Shown piece after piece: positions 39,001-51,430 of a stretch of 64,000 bases of DNA; the first letter of the stretch is position 1; each line of letters begins with the position of its first letter. The position numbers were made by a program, and so were the translations under genes. Location of the stretch: positions 7,703,097-7,767,096 of the forward strand of contig CM082598.2 in the NCBI GenBank assembly GCA_040954595.2, in the 5' to 3' direction. The notes beneath the pieces are model-generated. The model was given only the letters and a program-made list of their open reading frames with translations. It made no database searches and was not told where the DNA came from. This stretch comes from Balanoglossus misakiensis (Eukaryota; Animalia; Hemichordata).

Positions 39001-42000
39001 CTTCTCGAAATTGACATGGCCTATGGCCTTGACATTTGGCATGTAGAACCCTGGCCATGTGGTCCACAAAGCATCTGAACAGAATTTTGATATCTCCATT
39101 CATATGCAAATAAGGCCGATTTCAAAATTTTGCCCATATATGGTCATCAGGTCACATGACTAATTAAACATTCACAAGGGTACTGCACTAGCTCTCATTG
39201 GCCTGCACCATTGTGCCAGGTTTGAAATTGGTAGGTTTAGCAGTTTTCCAGATCTACCTCGCCAAAGAAAACGACAGAAGAAGAAAAAGAAGAAGTAGAA
39301 GAATATAGCTGCAAGCAGCAATGGCGGGCCCAAGCAAACATAGCACATAGCAACATAGCAATAAGCATATCTGCTCTGGATGCCAAGATATGGAAAAGTA
39401 GGTCAAAGGTCACCTGAGGTCATGCAAAATTTGGGCGAGAAATTTTGACCCTATACTGGTCCATGTTCATCAAAAACCAAACCTATAGCCCTATTGGTTT
39501 GCCTGGAATTAGGTATGCACATAATTAATGAGGTAGGCAGGTGTCACAGGTGACCCCCCAATTTGGCTTTTCAATTTTAGTCCCAACCATCCAAACGCCA
39601 ATTCTGTATCTGCTCTGGATGCCAAGATATGGTAAAGTAGGTCAAAGGTCACCTGAGGTCATGCAAAATTTGGGCAATAAATTTTGACCCTATACTGGTC
39701 CACGTTCAACAAAAACCAAACCTATAGCCCTATTGGTTAGCCTGGAATTAGGTATGCACATAATTAATGAGATATGCAGGTGTCACAGGTGACCCCTATT
39801 TTGGCTTTTCAACTTTAGTCCCAACCCTCCAAACGCCAAGTCTGTACCTGCTCTGGATGCCGAGATATAGGAAAGTAGGTCAAAGGTCACCTGAGGTCAC
39901 CCAAAATTTGGACAAGAAATGTTGACCCTATACTGGTCCATGTCCCACAAGAACGAAACCTCTAGCCCTCTTAGTTAGCCCAGAATTAGGTATGCACATA
40001 ATTAATGAGTTAAGCAGGTGTTACAGGTGAGCCTAAAATTCTGCCTTTTATTTTGGTGCCATTGTGCTCACTGACCAATAGACACTCACTGTACAGGACT
40101 ATTGCACTGACCAGAATTCCACAATAAGACATGGACATAGAGGTATAAGTAAAGGTATAAATTTATTTTAAAAATTAATATAAAAAAATCCGTCGATTTT
40201 TCATATTATTTTTTTCCGCTTAAAATTATTGACAAATGCTAGTCTAGCTGCACACCAAAGTTGGAGATGATTGGCCTGACAGATTTTGAGATATGTATGC
40301 ATATTTATCCAAAATAATATGTGGTCATAGCTTTACTATGGAAAGTATAGGCCCATGGCTTGGTCAAAAAATATGAAAAATAATACTTAAAAATCTTCTT
40401 CTCAAAATTGGCATGGCCAATGGCCTTGACATTTGGCAAGTAGGACACTGACCACATGGTCCGCAAAAGTTGCTAAAAGAATTTTGATATCTCCATTCAT
40501 ATGCAAATAAGGCCGATTTGGAAATTTTGCCCATATATGGTCATCAGGTCACATGACTAATTACACATTCACAAGGGTACTGCACGAGCTCTCATAGGCC
40601 TGCACCATTGTGCCAAATGTGAGATTTGTAGGTTCAGCCGTTTTCACGATCTAGCTGGACAAAAAAACGACACAAGAAGAAGAAGAAGAAGAAGAAGTAG
40701 AAGAATATAGCTGCAAGCAGCAATAGCGGGCCCAAGCCAACATAGCACATAGCACATAGCAACATAGCAATAAGCATATCTACTCTGGATGCCAAGATAT
40801 GGTAAAGTAGGTCAAAGGTCAACTGAGTTCATGCAAAATTTGGGCAAGAAATTTTGACCCTATACTGGTCCATGTTCAACAAAAACCAAACCTATAGCAC
40901 TATTGGTTAGCCTGGAATTAGGTATGCACATAATTAATGAGGTAGGCAGGTGTCACAGGTGATCCCCAATTTTGGCTTTTCAATTTTAGTCCCAACCCTC
41001 CAAACGCCAAGTCTGTACCTGCTCTGGATGCCAAGATCTGGTAAAGTAGGTCAAAGGTCACCTAATGTCAAGCAAAATTTGGGCAAGAAATTTTGAACCT
41101 ATACTGGTCCATGTTCAACAAAAACCAAACCTATAGCCCTATTGGTTAGCCTGGAATTAGGTATGCACATAATTAATGAGATATACAGGTGTCACAGGTG
41201 ACCCCCATTTTGGCTTTTCAATTTTAGTCCCAACCCTCCAAACGCCAAGTCTGTACCTGCTCTGGATGCCGAGATATAGGAAAGTAGGTCAAAGGTCACC
41301 TGAGGTCACCCAAAATTTGGGCAAGAAATTTTGACCCTATACTGGTCCATGTCCCACAAGAACGAAACCTCTAGCCCTCTTAGTTAGCCCAGAATTAGGT
41401 ATGCACATAATTAATGAGTTAAGCAGGTGTTACAGGTGAGCCTAAAATTTTGCCTTTTATTTTGGTGCCATTGTGCTCACTGACCAATAGACACTCACTG
41501 TACAGGACTATTGCACTGACCAGAATTCCACAATAAGACATGGACATAGAGGTATAAGTAAAGGTATAAATTTATTTAAAAAATTAATATAAAAAAATCC
41601 GTCGATTTTTCATATTATTTTTTTTCGCTTAAAATTATTGACAAATGCTAGTCTAGCTGCACACCAAAGTTGGAGATGATAGGCCTAACAGATTTTGAGA
41701 TATGTATGCATATTTATCCAAAATAATATGTGGTCATAGCTTTACTATGGAAAGTATAGGCCCATGGCTTGGTCAAAAAATATGAAAAATAATACTTAAA
41801 AATCTTCTTCTCAAAATTGGCATGGCCAATGGCCTTGACATTTGGCAAGTAGGACACTGACCACATGGTCCGCAAAAGTTGCTAAAAGAATTTTGATATC
41901 TCCATTCATATGCAAATTAGGCCGATTTGGAAATTTTGCCCATATATGGTCATCAGGTCACGTGACTAATTTAACATTCACAAGGGTACTGCACTAGCTC

Positions 42001-45000
42001 TCATTGGCCTGCACCATTGTGCCAAGTTTGAAATTGTTAGGTTTAGCAGTTTTCCAGATCTACCTCGCCAAAGAAAACGACAGAAGAAGAAGAAAAAGAA
42101 GAAGTAGAAGAATATAGCTGCAAGCAGCGATGACGGGCACAAGCTTAAGCCGAAGGTCAAAGGTCATATGTGGTCACCCAAAATTTGGGCAAAAAGTTTT
42201 GACCCCCATACTAGTCCAGGTCCAACAGAAACCTGACCTCTAGCCCTATTGGTTTGTCTGAAATTAGAAATGCACATAATTAATGATGTAAAGTGGAAGA
42301 CTCCATTAATAGTTCGATCCATCCAAACACAAATGATGTACCTGCTCTGGATGCCGAGATATAGCAAAGTAGGTCAAATGTCACCTGAGGTCACCCAAAA
42401 TTTGGGCAAAATTTTTGACCCCATACTGATCCATGTCCCACAAGAACAAAACCTCTAGCCCTATTGGTTAGCCTGGAATTAGGTATGCACATAATTAATG
42501 AGATATGCAGGTGTCACAGGTGACCCCCAATTTTGGCTTTTCAATTTTAGTCCCAACCCTCCAAACGCCAAGTCTGTACCTGCTGTGAATTCCGAGATAT
42601 AGGAAAGTAGGTCAAAGGTCACCTGAGGTCACCTAAAATTTGGGCAAAAATTTTTGATCCCATACTGGTCCATGTCCCACAAGAACAAAACCTCTAGCCC
42701 TATTAGTTAGCCTGGAATTAGGTATGCACATATTTAATGAGTTAAGCAGGTGTTACAGGTGAGCCCAAAATTTTGCCTTTTATTGTGGTCCCATTCTGCT
42801 CACGGGCCAATAGAGAGTCACTGTACAGGACGCACAGCCAACGTGGACATAGCGTGATAGCTTAACTATAGAAAGCATAGGCCTATGGCTGGGTCCAAAA
42901 ACATGAAAAATAAAAAAATCTTCTTCTCAAAATAGACTTGGCCCACGGCATTGACATTTGGCATGTAGGACACTGACCACATGGTCTGCAAAAATCCCTA
43001 AAAGAATTTTGATATCTCCATTCATATGCAAATTAGGCCAATTTGAAAACTTTGCCCATATATGGTCATCAGGTCACATGACTTATTAAACATTCACGAG
43101 GGTACAGCACCAGCTCTCATAGGCCTGCATCAGTGTGCCAAGTTTGAGATTTGTAGGTTCAGCCGTTTTCAAGATCCTGTTGGGCAAAAAAACGACACAA
43201 GAAAAAAAAAAAGAAGAAAAAACCCAGTAATACCAATAGGGCACAAGCCTGCTTGGCTTGTGCCCTAAAAATATAGCTGCAAGCAGCAATGGCGGGCCCA
43301 AGCCAACATAGCACATAGCAACATAGCAATAAGCATATCTGCTTTGGATGCCAAGATATGGAAAAGTAGGTCATAGGTCACCTGAGGTCATGCAAAATTT
43401 GGGCGAGAAATTTTGACCCTATACTGGTCCATGTTCATCAAAAACCAAACCTATAGCCCTATTGGTTAGCCTGGAATTAGGTATGCACATAATTAATGAG
43501 GTAGGCAGGTGTCACAGGTGACCCCCCAATTTGGCTTTTCAATTTTAGTCCCAACCATCCAAACGCCAATTCTGTATCTGCTCTGGATGCCAAGATATGG
43601 TAAAGTAGGTCAAAGGTCACCTGAGGTCATGCAAAATTTGGGCAATAAATTTTGACCCTATACTGGTCCACGTTCAACAAAAACCAAACCTATAGCCCTA
43701 TTGGTTAGCCTGGAATTAGGTATGCACATAATTAATGAGATATGCAGGTGTCACAGGTGACCCCTATTTTGGCTTTTCAACTTTAGTCCCAACCCTCCAA
43801 ACGCCAAGTCTGTACCTGCTCTGGATGCCGAGATATAGGAAAGTAGGTCAAAGGTCACCTGAGGTCACCCCAAATTTGGGCAAGAAATTTTGACCCTATA
43901 CTGGTCCATGTCCCACAAGAACGAAACCTCTAGCCCTCTTAGTTAGCCCAGAATTAGGTATGCACATAATTAATGAGTTAACCAGGTGTTACAGGTGAGC
44001 CTAAAATTTTGCCTTTTATTTTGGTGCGATTGTGCTCACTGACCAATAGACACTCACTGTACAGGACTATTGCACTGACCAGAATTCCACAATAAGACAT
44101 GGACATAGAGGTATAAGTAAAGGTATAAATTTATTTTAAAAATTAATATAAAAAAATCCGTCGATTTTCCATATTATTTTTTTTCGCTTAAAATTATTGA
44201 CAAATGCTAGTCTAGCTGCACACCAAAGTTGGAGATGATCGGCCTAACAGATTTTGAGATATGTATGCATATTTATCCAAAATAATATGTGGTCATAGCT
44301 TTACTATGGAAAGTATAGGCCCATGGCTTGGTCAAAAAATATGAAAAATAATACTTAAAAATCTTCTTCTCAAAATTGGCATGGCCAATGGCCTTGACAT
44401 TTGGCAAGTAGGACACTGACCACATGCTCCGCAAAAGTTGCTAAAAGAATTTTGATATCTCCATTCATATGCAAATAAGGCCGATTTGGAAATTTTGCCC
44501 ATATATGGTCATCAGGTCACGTGACTAATTTAACATTCACAAGGGTACTGCACGAGCTCTCATAGGCCTGCACCATTGTGCCAAATGTGAGATTTGTAGG
44601 TTCAGCCGTTTTCACGATCTAGCTGGACAAAAAAACGACACAAGAAGAAGAATATAGCTGCAAGCAGCAATAGCGGGCCCAAGCCGACATAGCACATAGC
44701 AACATAGCAATAAGCATATCTGCTCTGGATGCCAAGATATGGTAAAGTAGGTCAAAGGTCACCTGAGTTCATGCAAAATTTGGGCAAGAAATTTTGACCC
44801 TATACTGGTCCATGTTCAACAAAAACCAAACCTATAGCCCTATTGGTTAACCTGGAATTAGGTATGCACATAATTAATGAGGTAGGCAGGTGTCACAGGT
44901 GACCCCCCAATTTGGCTTTTCAATTTTAGTCCCAACCCTCCAAACGCCAAGTCTGTATCTGGTCTCGATGCCAAGATCTGGTTAAGTAGGTCAAAGGTCA

Positions 45001-48000
45001 CCTGAGGTCATGCAAAATTTGGGCAAGAAATTTTGACCCTGTACTGGTCCATGTTCAACAAAAACAAAACCTATAGCCCTATTGGTTAGCCTGGAATTAG
45101 GTATGCACATAATTAATGAGATATGCAGGTGTCACAGGTGACCCCTATTTTGGCTTTTCAACTTTAGTCCCAACCCTCCAAACGCCAAGTCTGTACCTGC
45201 TCTGGATGCCGAGATATAGGAAAGTAGGTCAAAGGTCACCTGAGTTCACCCCAAATTTGGGCAAGAAATGTTGGCCCTATACTGGTCCATGTCCCACAAG
45301 AACGAAACATCTAGCCCTCTTAGTTAGCCCAGAATTAGGTATGCACATAATTAATGAGTTAAGCAGGTGTTACAGGTGAGCCTAAAATTTTGCCTTTTAT
45401 TTTGGTGCCATTGTGCTCACTGACCAATAGACACTCACTGTACAGGACTATCGCACTGACCAGAATTCCACAATAAGACATGGACATAGCTTAACCATAG
45501 AGGTATAAGCAAAGGTATAAATTTAATAAACAAATTAATATAAAAAAATCTGTCGATTTTTCATATTATTTTTTTCTGCTTAAAATTATTGACAAATGCT
45601 AGGCTTGCTGCACACCAAAGTTGGAGATGATCGGCCTAACAGATTTTGAGATATGTATGCATATTTATCCAAAATAATATGTGGTCATAGCTTTACTATG
45701 TAAAGTATAGGCCCATGGCTTGGTCAAAAAATATGGAAAATAATACTTAAAAATCTTCTTCTCAAAATTGGCATGGCCAATGGCCTTGACATTTGGCATG
45801 TAGGACACTGACCACATGGTCCGCAAAAGTTGCTAAAAGAATTGTGATATCTCCATTCATATGCAAATAAGGCGGATTTGAAAATTTTGCCCATATATGG
45901 TCATCAGGTCACGTGACTAATTAAACATTCACAAGGGTACTGCACTAGCTCTCATTGGCCTGCACCATTGTGCCAAGTTTGAAATTGGTAGGTTTAGCAG
46001 TTTTCCAGATCTACCTCGCCAAAGAAAATGACAGAAGAAGAAAAAGAAGAAGAAGTAGAAGAAAAACCCCAGTAATACCAATAGGGCCCAAGCCTGCTGG
46101 GCTTGGGCCCTAAAAAAGAAGAAGTAGAAGAATATAGCTGCAAGCAGCGATGACGGGCACAAGCTTAAGCCGAAGGTCAAAGGTCATATGTGGTCACCCA
46201 AAAATTGGGCAAAAAGTTTTGACCCCCATACTAGTCCAGGTCCAACAAAAACCAGACCTCTAGCCCTGTTGGTTCGCCTAGAATTAGATATGCACATGAT
46301 TAATGAGGTAAAGTATAAGGCTCCATTAGGAGTTCCATGCCTCCAAATGCCAAGGCTGTATCTGCATGGGTTGCCAAGATACGGTAAAGTAGGTCAAAGG
46401 TCACCTGAGGTCACCCAAAATTTGGGCAAGAAATTTTAACCCCATACTGGTCCATGTTCAACAAAAATCAAACCTCTAGCCCTATTGGCTAGCCTGGAAT
46501 TAGGTATGCACATAATTAATGAGATAAGCAGGTGTCATAGGTGACCCCCAATTTTGTCTTTTCAATTTTAGTCACAACCCTCCAAACGCCAAGTCTGTAC
46601 CTGCTGTGGATGCCGAGATATAGGAAAGTAGGTCAAAGGTCACCTAAGGTCACCCAAAATTGGGGCAAAAATTGTTGATCCCATACTGGTCCATGTCCCA
46701 CAAGAACAAAACCTCTAGCCCTAATAGTTAGCCCGGAATTAGGTATGCACATAATTAATGAGTTAAGCAGGTGTTACAGGTGAGCCCAAAATTTTGTCTT
46801 TTATTTTGGTCCCATTCAGCTCACGGGCCACTAGACTGTCACTGTACAGGACAATTGCACAGACGTGGACATAGCGTCATAGCTTAACTATAGAAAGTAT
46901 AGGCCTATGGCTGGGTCCACAAATATGACAAATAATATTTAATAATCTTCTTCTCAAAATAGACTTGGCCCACGGCCTTGACATTTGGCATGTAGGACAC
47001 TGACCACATGGTCCGCAAAAGTTGCTAAAAGAATTTTGATATCTCCATTCATATGCAAATTAGGCCCATTTGAAAACTTTGCCCATATATGGTCATCAGG
47101 TCACATGACTTATTAAACATTCACGAGGGTACTGCACCAGCTCTCATAGGCCTGCATCACTGTGCCAAGTTTGAGATATGTAGGTTCAGCCGTTTTCAAG
47201 ATCCTATTGGGCAAAAAAACTACACAAGAAAAAGAAGAGGATGAAAAACCCCAGTAATACCAATAGGGCACAAGCCTGCTTGGCTTGTGCCCTAAAAAAA
47301 GCCAGTAATACCAATAGGGCCCAAGCCCGCTGGGCTTGGGCCCTAAAAAACCCCAGTAATACCAATAGGGCCCAAGCCTGCTGGGCTTGGGCCCTAAATA
47401 TAGCTGCAAGCAGCGATGACGGGCACAAGCTAAGGCCGAAGGTCAAAGGTCATATGTGGTCACCCAAAATTTGGGCAAAAAATTTTGACCCCATACTAGT
47501 CCAGGTCCAACAAAAACCAGACCTCTAGCCCTATTGGTTCGCCTAGAGTTAGATATGCACATAATTAATGAGGTTAAGTATAAGGCTCCATTATGAGTTC
47601 CATGCCTCCAAATGCCAAGGCTGTATCTGCATGGGTTGCCGAGATACGGTAAAGTAGGTCAAAGGTCACCTGAGGTCACCCTAAATTGGGCAAGAAATTT
47701 TAACCCCATACTGGTCCATGTTCAACAAAAATCAAACCTCTAGCCCTATTGGCTAGCCTGGAATTAGGTATGCACATAATTAATGAGATAAGCAGGTGTC
47801 ACAGGTGACCCCCAATTTTGTCTTTTCAATTTTAGTCACAACCCTCCAAACGCCAAGTCTGTACCTGCTGTGGATGCCGAGATATAGGAAAGTAGGTCAA
47901 AGGTCACCTGAGGTCACCCAAAATTTAAGCAAAAATTTTTGATCCCATACTGATCCATGTCCCACAAGAACAAAACCTCTAGCCCTAATAGTTAGCCCGG

Positions 48001-48500
48001 AATTAGGTATGCACATAATTAATGAGTTAAGCAGGTGTTACAGGTGAGCCCAAAATTTTGTCTTTTATTTTGGTCCCATTCAGCTCACGGGCCACTAGAC
48101 TGTCACTGTACAGGACAATTGCACAGACGTGGACATAGCGTCATAGCTTAACTATAGAAAGTATAGGCCTATGGCTGGGTCCACAAATATGACAAATAAG
48201 ATTTAATAATCTTTTTCTCACAATAGACTTGGCCCACGGCCTTGATATTTGGCATGTAGGACACTGACCACATGTTCCGCAAAAATTGCTAAAAGAATTT
48301 TGATATCTCCATTCATATGCAAATTAGGCCCATTTGAAAACTTTGCCCATATATGGTCATCAGGTCACATGACTTATTAAACATTCACGAGGGTACTGCA
48401 CCAGCTCTCATAGGCCTGCATCACTGTGCCAAGTTTGAGATTTGTAGGTTCAGCCGTTTTGAAGATCCTATTGGGCAAAAAAACTACACAAGAAAAAAAA
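33086..48500. repeat. Satellite-like array: 1.1-2.1-kb units, each with about 2-6 copies of a ~239-240-bp internal repeat
   Basis: TAGGTCAAAGGTCACCTGAGGTCA recurs e.g. at 35151, 35390, 35630, 35869. Confidence 0.92.
47246..47396 (-). repeat. Stack of three hairpin heads
   Basis: Stems at 47264-47294, 47315-47345, 47366-47396, each preceded by CCAGTAATACCAA. Confidence 0.9.
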
Positions 48501-48504
48501 GAGG

Positions 48505-48789
48505 ATGAAAAACCCCAGTAATACTAATAGGGCACAAGCCTGCTTGGCTTGTGCCCAAAAAAAAAAAAAGATGAAAAACCCCAGTAATACCAATAGGGCA
48601 CAAGCCTGCTTGGCTTGTGCCCTAAAAAAACAGGGTAAAACCAATAGGGCACAAGCGCCTGAGGGCGCTTGTGCCCTAAAAAACCCCAGTAATACCAATA
48701 GGGCACAAGCGCCTGAGGGCGCTTGTGCCCTAAAAAACTCCAGCAATGACAGAAGGGGACCAAGCGCCTGAGGGCGCTTGGTCCCCTAA
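48505..48789 (-). repeat. Stack of five hairpin heads
   Basis: Stems at 48528-48556, 48594-48624, 48645-48678, 48699-48732, 48754-48787. Confidence 0.9.
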
Positions 48790-50215
48790 TTAAAGCTGCA
48801 AGCAGTATTGAAGGGGCCCAAGCATAGAGTTAATAACCATTAGACTCCATTCAGGGTTGTACCATTCAATTGCGTAGGCTGTATTTGCTCTGGATATAGA
48901 GATATGGGGAAGTAGGCAACCACCCAAAATGGATGTCTTACAAGTACAAACAACCAAAGGTGAACTTCTACGTTGTAAGTACTTCAGTAAGTATACTTCA
49001 AAGGTCAGCTGAGGGTACCCAAAAATTGGGCCAAAAATTAGGATTCTTAGATGGTTCATATACAAGACAACGGAAAATCCTCGCTGTTACGGTTTGTCAA
49101 ATTAGATATGGCCATAATAATGAGTTACGCGAGTAAGTTACAGGTGGCCCCAGGAATTTAGCATTTCATGACGCAGAGGGTCCTACCCTACCCCTCCAAA
49201 CACCTGGCTATATATGATGTGCGTGCTAACATATGGAAAGCAGGTCAATGGACACCTGAGGTCACCCAAAAATTTGACAAAAAATTTTCATTCCTGTTTA
49301 TGTCATGTGCAACAAATCCTACATTTGCAGCCCTTTCACTTTGCCTACCATTAGGTATGCACGTAATACATAAATCAAGCAGGTGTCGCAGGTATCCCCC
49401 TGTATTTGACATTTCATGATAGTTTCATCCCTCCAAATACCAAAGCTGCACCTGTACAACGGGCTGAGATATGGCACTGTACGACAGAGGTCATCCAAAT
49501 CAACTTATACATTTGGGCAAAAACAAACTGACACTTACATTCGTCCCTGTGGAACAAAAACCACACACCTGTTGGTTAGTTTAGGCAGGTGCAACAGGGG
49601 ACCCCGCCTTTGGTATATCATTATGGCCCCATCCGTATATGCCGCCCCCCCCCCCCAAATGCCAAAGCTGCATGCATCTGCTGTGGATGCTCACTAAGCA
49701 AAAGTAGGTGAAATGTCACATAAGGTCGCCCATAACTTGACAGGAAAATCGGACTTCAAATTGATCCATGTGCAACAAATACCACGCTAGCATCCCTTTC
49801 ATTGACTCCACAATTACGCATGCAAATAATTGAGTTACACAGGTGTCACAGGTGACCCCGAATCGGGCGTATTACTAGTATTTTGGTCCCATACAGCTGC
49901 ATGAAGCTGCGTGCTATTACGGGCGACCTGATAACCCCCACGGCCACCTGCGGGCCAACCCCCATACTGAACGTCCAGTTGCAACGTCACGACTGAAGTA
50001 GGAACTTTTGAACAGCAACGAAGCCTGATCTCTGATTATTGCTGGTACCATACTCCCTACGTGCAAGAAAATCACTGGTCTGCTGATGTATTTCGGCCAC
50101 ATTAGCGACTGAGGGTCAAAGCCGTCGCCGCATTACATTGAATGTTAACCAGTGTAGCCGGGTCTGGATAGAAACATTTGAACGGCATTAGCTAACAAAC
50201 TCAGCGTAATTCAAT

Positions 50216-50840
50216 TGTAGAATCTGAAAAACCTACAGCCTATGGTCCCCGACAGATACACAACGAGATACACGTATTGTTGACCTCGTTTAATAATATA
50301 AAAACGTACGGTTCTGGAAATAAATTACAGGTACAATAAATTCAAGGAAATTATAACAATGTCAAAACCGGCATAGAAATGTTATGCACGGCAGCAATAA
50401 ATGTGTACAATACATCAAGTATTCACTAAAGAAAATAGTCAGAAATTATCTCGAAATGCAAACGTTCTGAAGTTGAAGAATATAATTCGGCAGAAAGTGC
50501 CACGTCACCATCCAGTTGTCTGCAGAGTAAAATGCCACGTCACCATCCAGTTGTCTTTAGACTAAAATAAATTCGTATACGACCGGAAAACAACTCACCT
50601 CGGATTGTGAAGTTTCGGGGGCGATAGTTACAGCACGCTCACAACTAATTGTTAACTACAGCAAATTAGTAGGCCGTGCGGACAGGAACACAGTAGTGTT
50701 CAGTAAAACGAAAGGGAAAAACTGGCCACTGGAAGGGCCTAAGCTTATATAGCTACGAAAAATTTGCATATTAGGCCACATCCGCGCACTAGCAGTACAC
50801 CTGCTTTTTGAACAGCCAATGAGCAGAGCTTGCAGTAATA
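50216..50840 (-). mobile_element. Probable solo LTR, 625 bp
   Basis: Absent from the paralogous unit (25251 TCAATAAAAC); flanked by TCAAT on both sides; minus strand reads TATTAC..TCTACA with CCAAT/TATA-like motifs near the start. Confidence 0.65.
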
Positions 50841-51430
50841 TCAATAAAACGCCCTTACACAGCCTGAACTCCGATAATGAGCTGTCCCAAAATTCATTCC
50901 GTGGAAAATAATCACTGGTCAGTTTACGTATTTCAGCAGATTTTCCAAGGACTACTGCAACCCGCCAGAAGTGAGTAGCCTGCTAATGAGATCTCCACAA
51001 CATTACGTAGTGACGGTCAAAGTCCGATGCCCTAGTGTCCGTCCTCAGCCCACCAAAAATGCGAAAAATATTACAAAAATCTTCTTCTCAAAATCGACGT
51101 GGCCTAGGACCTTGAAATTTGGCACAGGGGATTTTGGCCACACGGTCTACAAAAATCGCGAAAAGAATGTACATGCCCCCATTAACGTGCAAATTAGGTC
51201 AATTTGAAAATTTCGCTCGATTATAGCCACCAAGTCACGTGACTAATTACAAATTCGAAGGGCAGGTGCACCAGTACTCATGGGCCCCAACCATCGTGCC
51301 AAATTTCAAGGTCCTAGGCCACATCGATTTTGAGAAAAACGGGAGCAAAAAAACGACTCAAGAAGAAAGAAGAAAAACTCCAGCAATAACAGAAGGGGAC
51401 CAAGCGCCTGAGGGCGCTTGGTCCCCTAAT

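Larger units (their letters stand above)
23072..51429 (-). mobile_element. Nested/tandem block of Helentron-type non-autonomous elements (HINE-like), three subtypes
   Basis: On the minus strand each unit begins with a hairpin head (TAGGGCACAAGCC..GGCTTGTGCCCTA and variants) plus a T/CTT-rich tract. Each ends with subTIR + GCTGCTTGCAGC hairpin + TATATT/TTTAATT. Inserted at TT with no clear TSD. Tails at 23072, 33086, 34654, 36726, 38133, 39302, 40704, 42111, 43270, 44651, 46131, 47397, 48788. Confidence 0.8.

Noticed and set aside
47246-48789. CRISPR-like array (palindromic ~31-34-bp repeats at ~50-bp spacing)
   Set aside because: The spacers are near-identical (CCAGTAATACCAA), there are no cas genes, the context is eukaryotic, and each repeat matches a transposon terminus.
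32666-49697. Many 60-130 aa ORFs in the repeat array (e.g. MKNPSNTNRAQACLACA repeats)
   Set aside because: Translations of tandem non-coding repeats; frames are not conserved between copies.
43237-51427. Rho-independent terminators (GC stems followed by T-runs on the minus strand)
   Set aside because: Eukaryotic repeat DNA with no upstream genes; better explained as Helentron-type ends.
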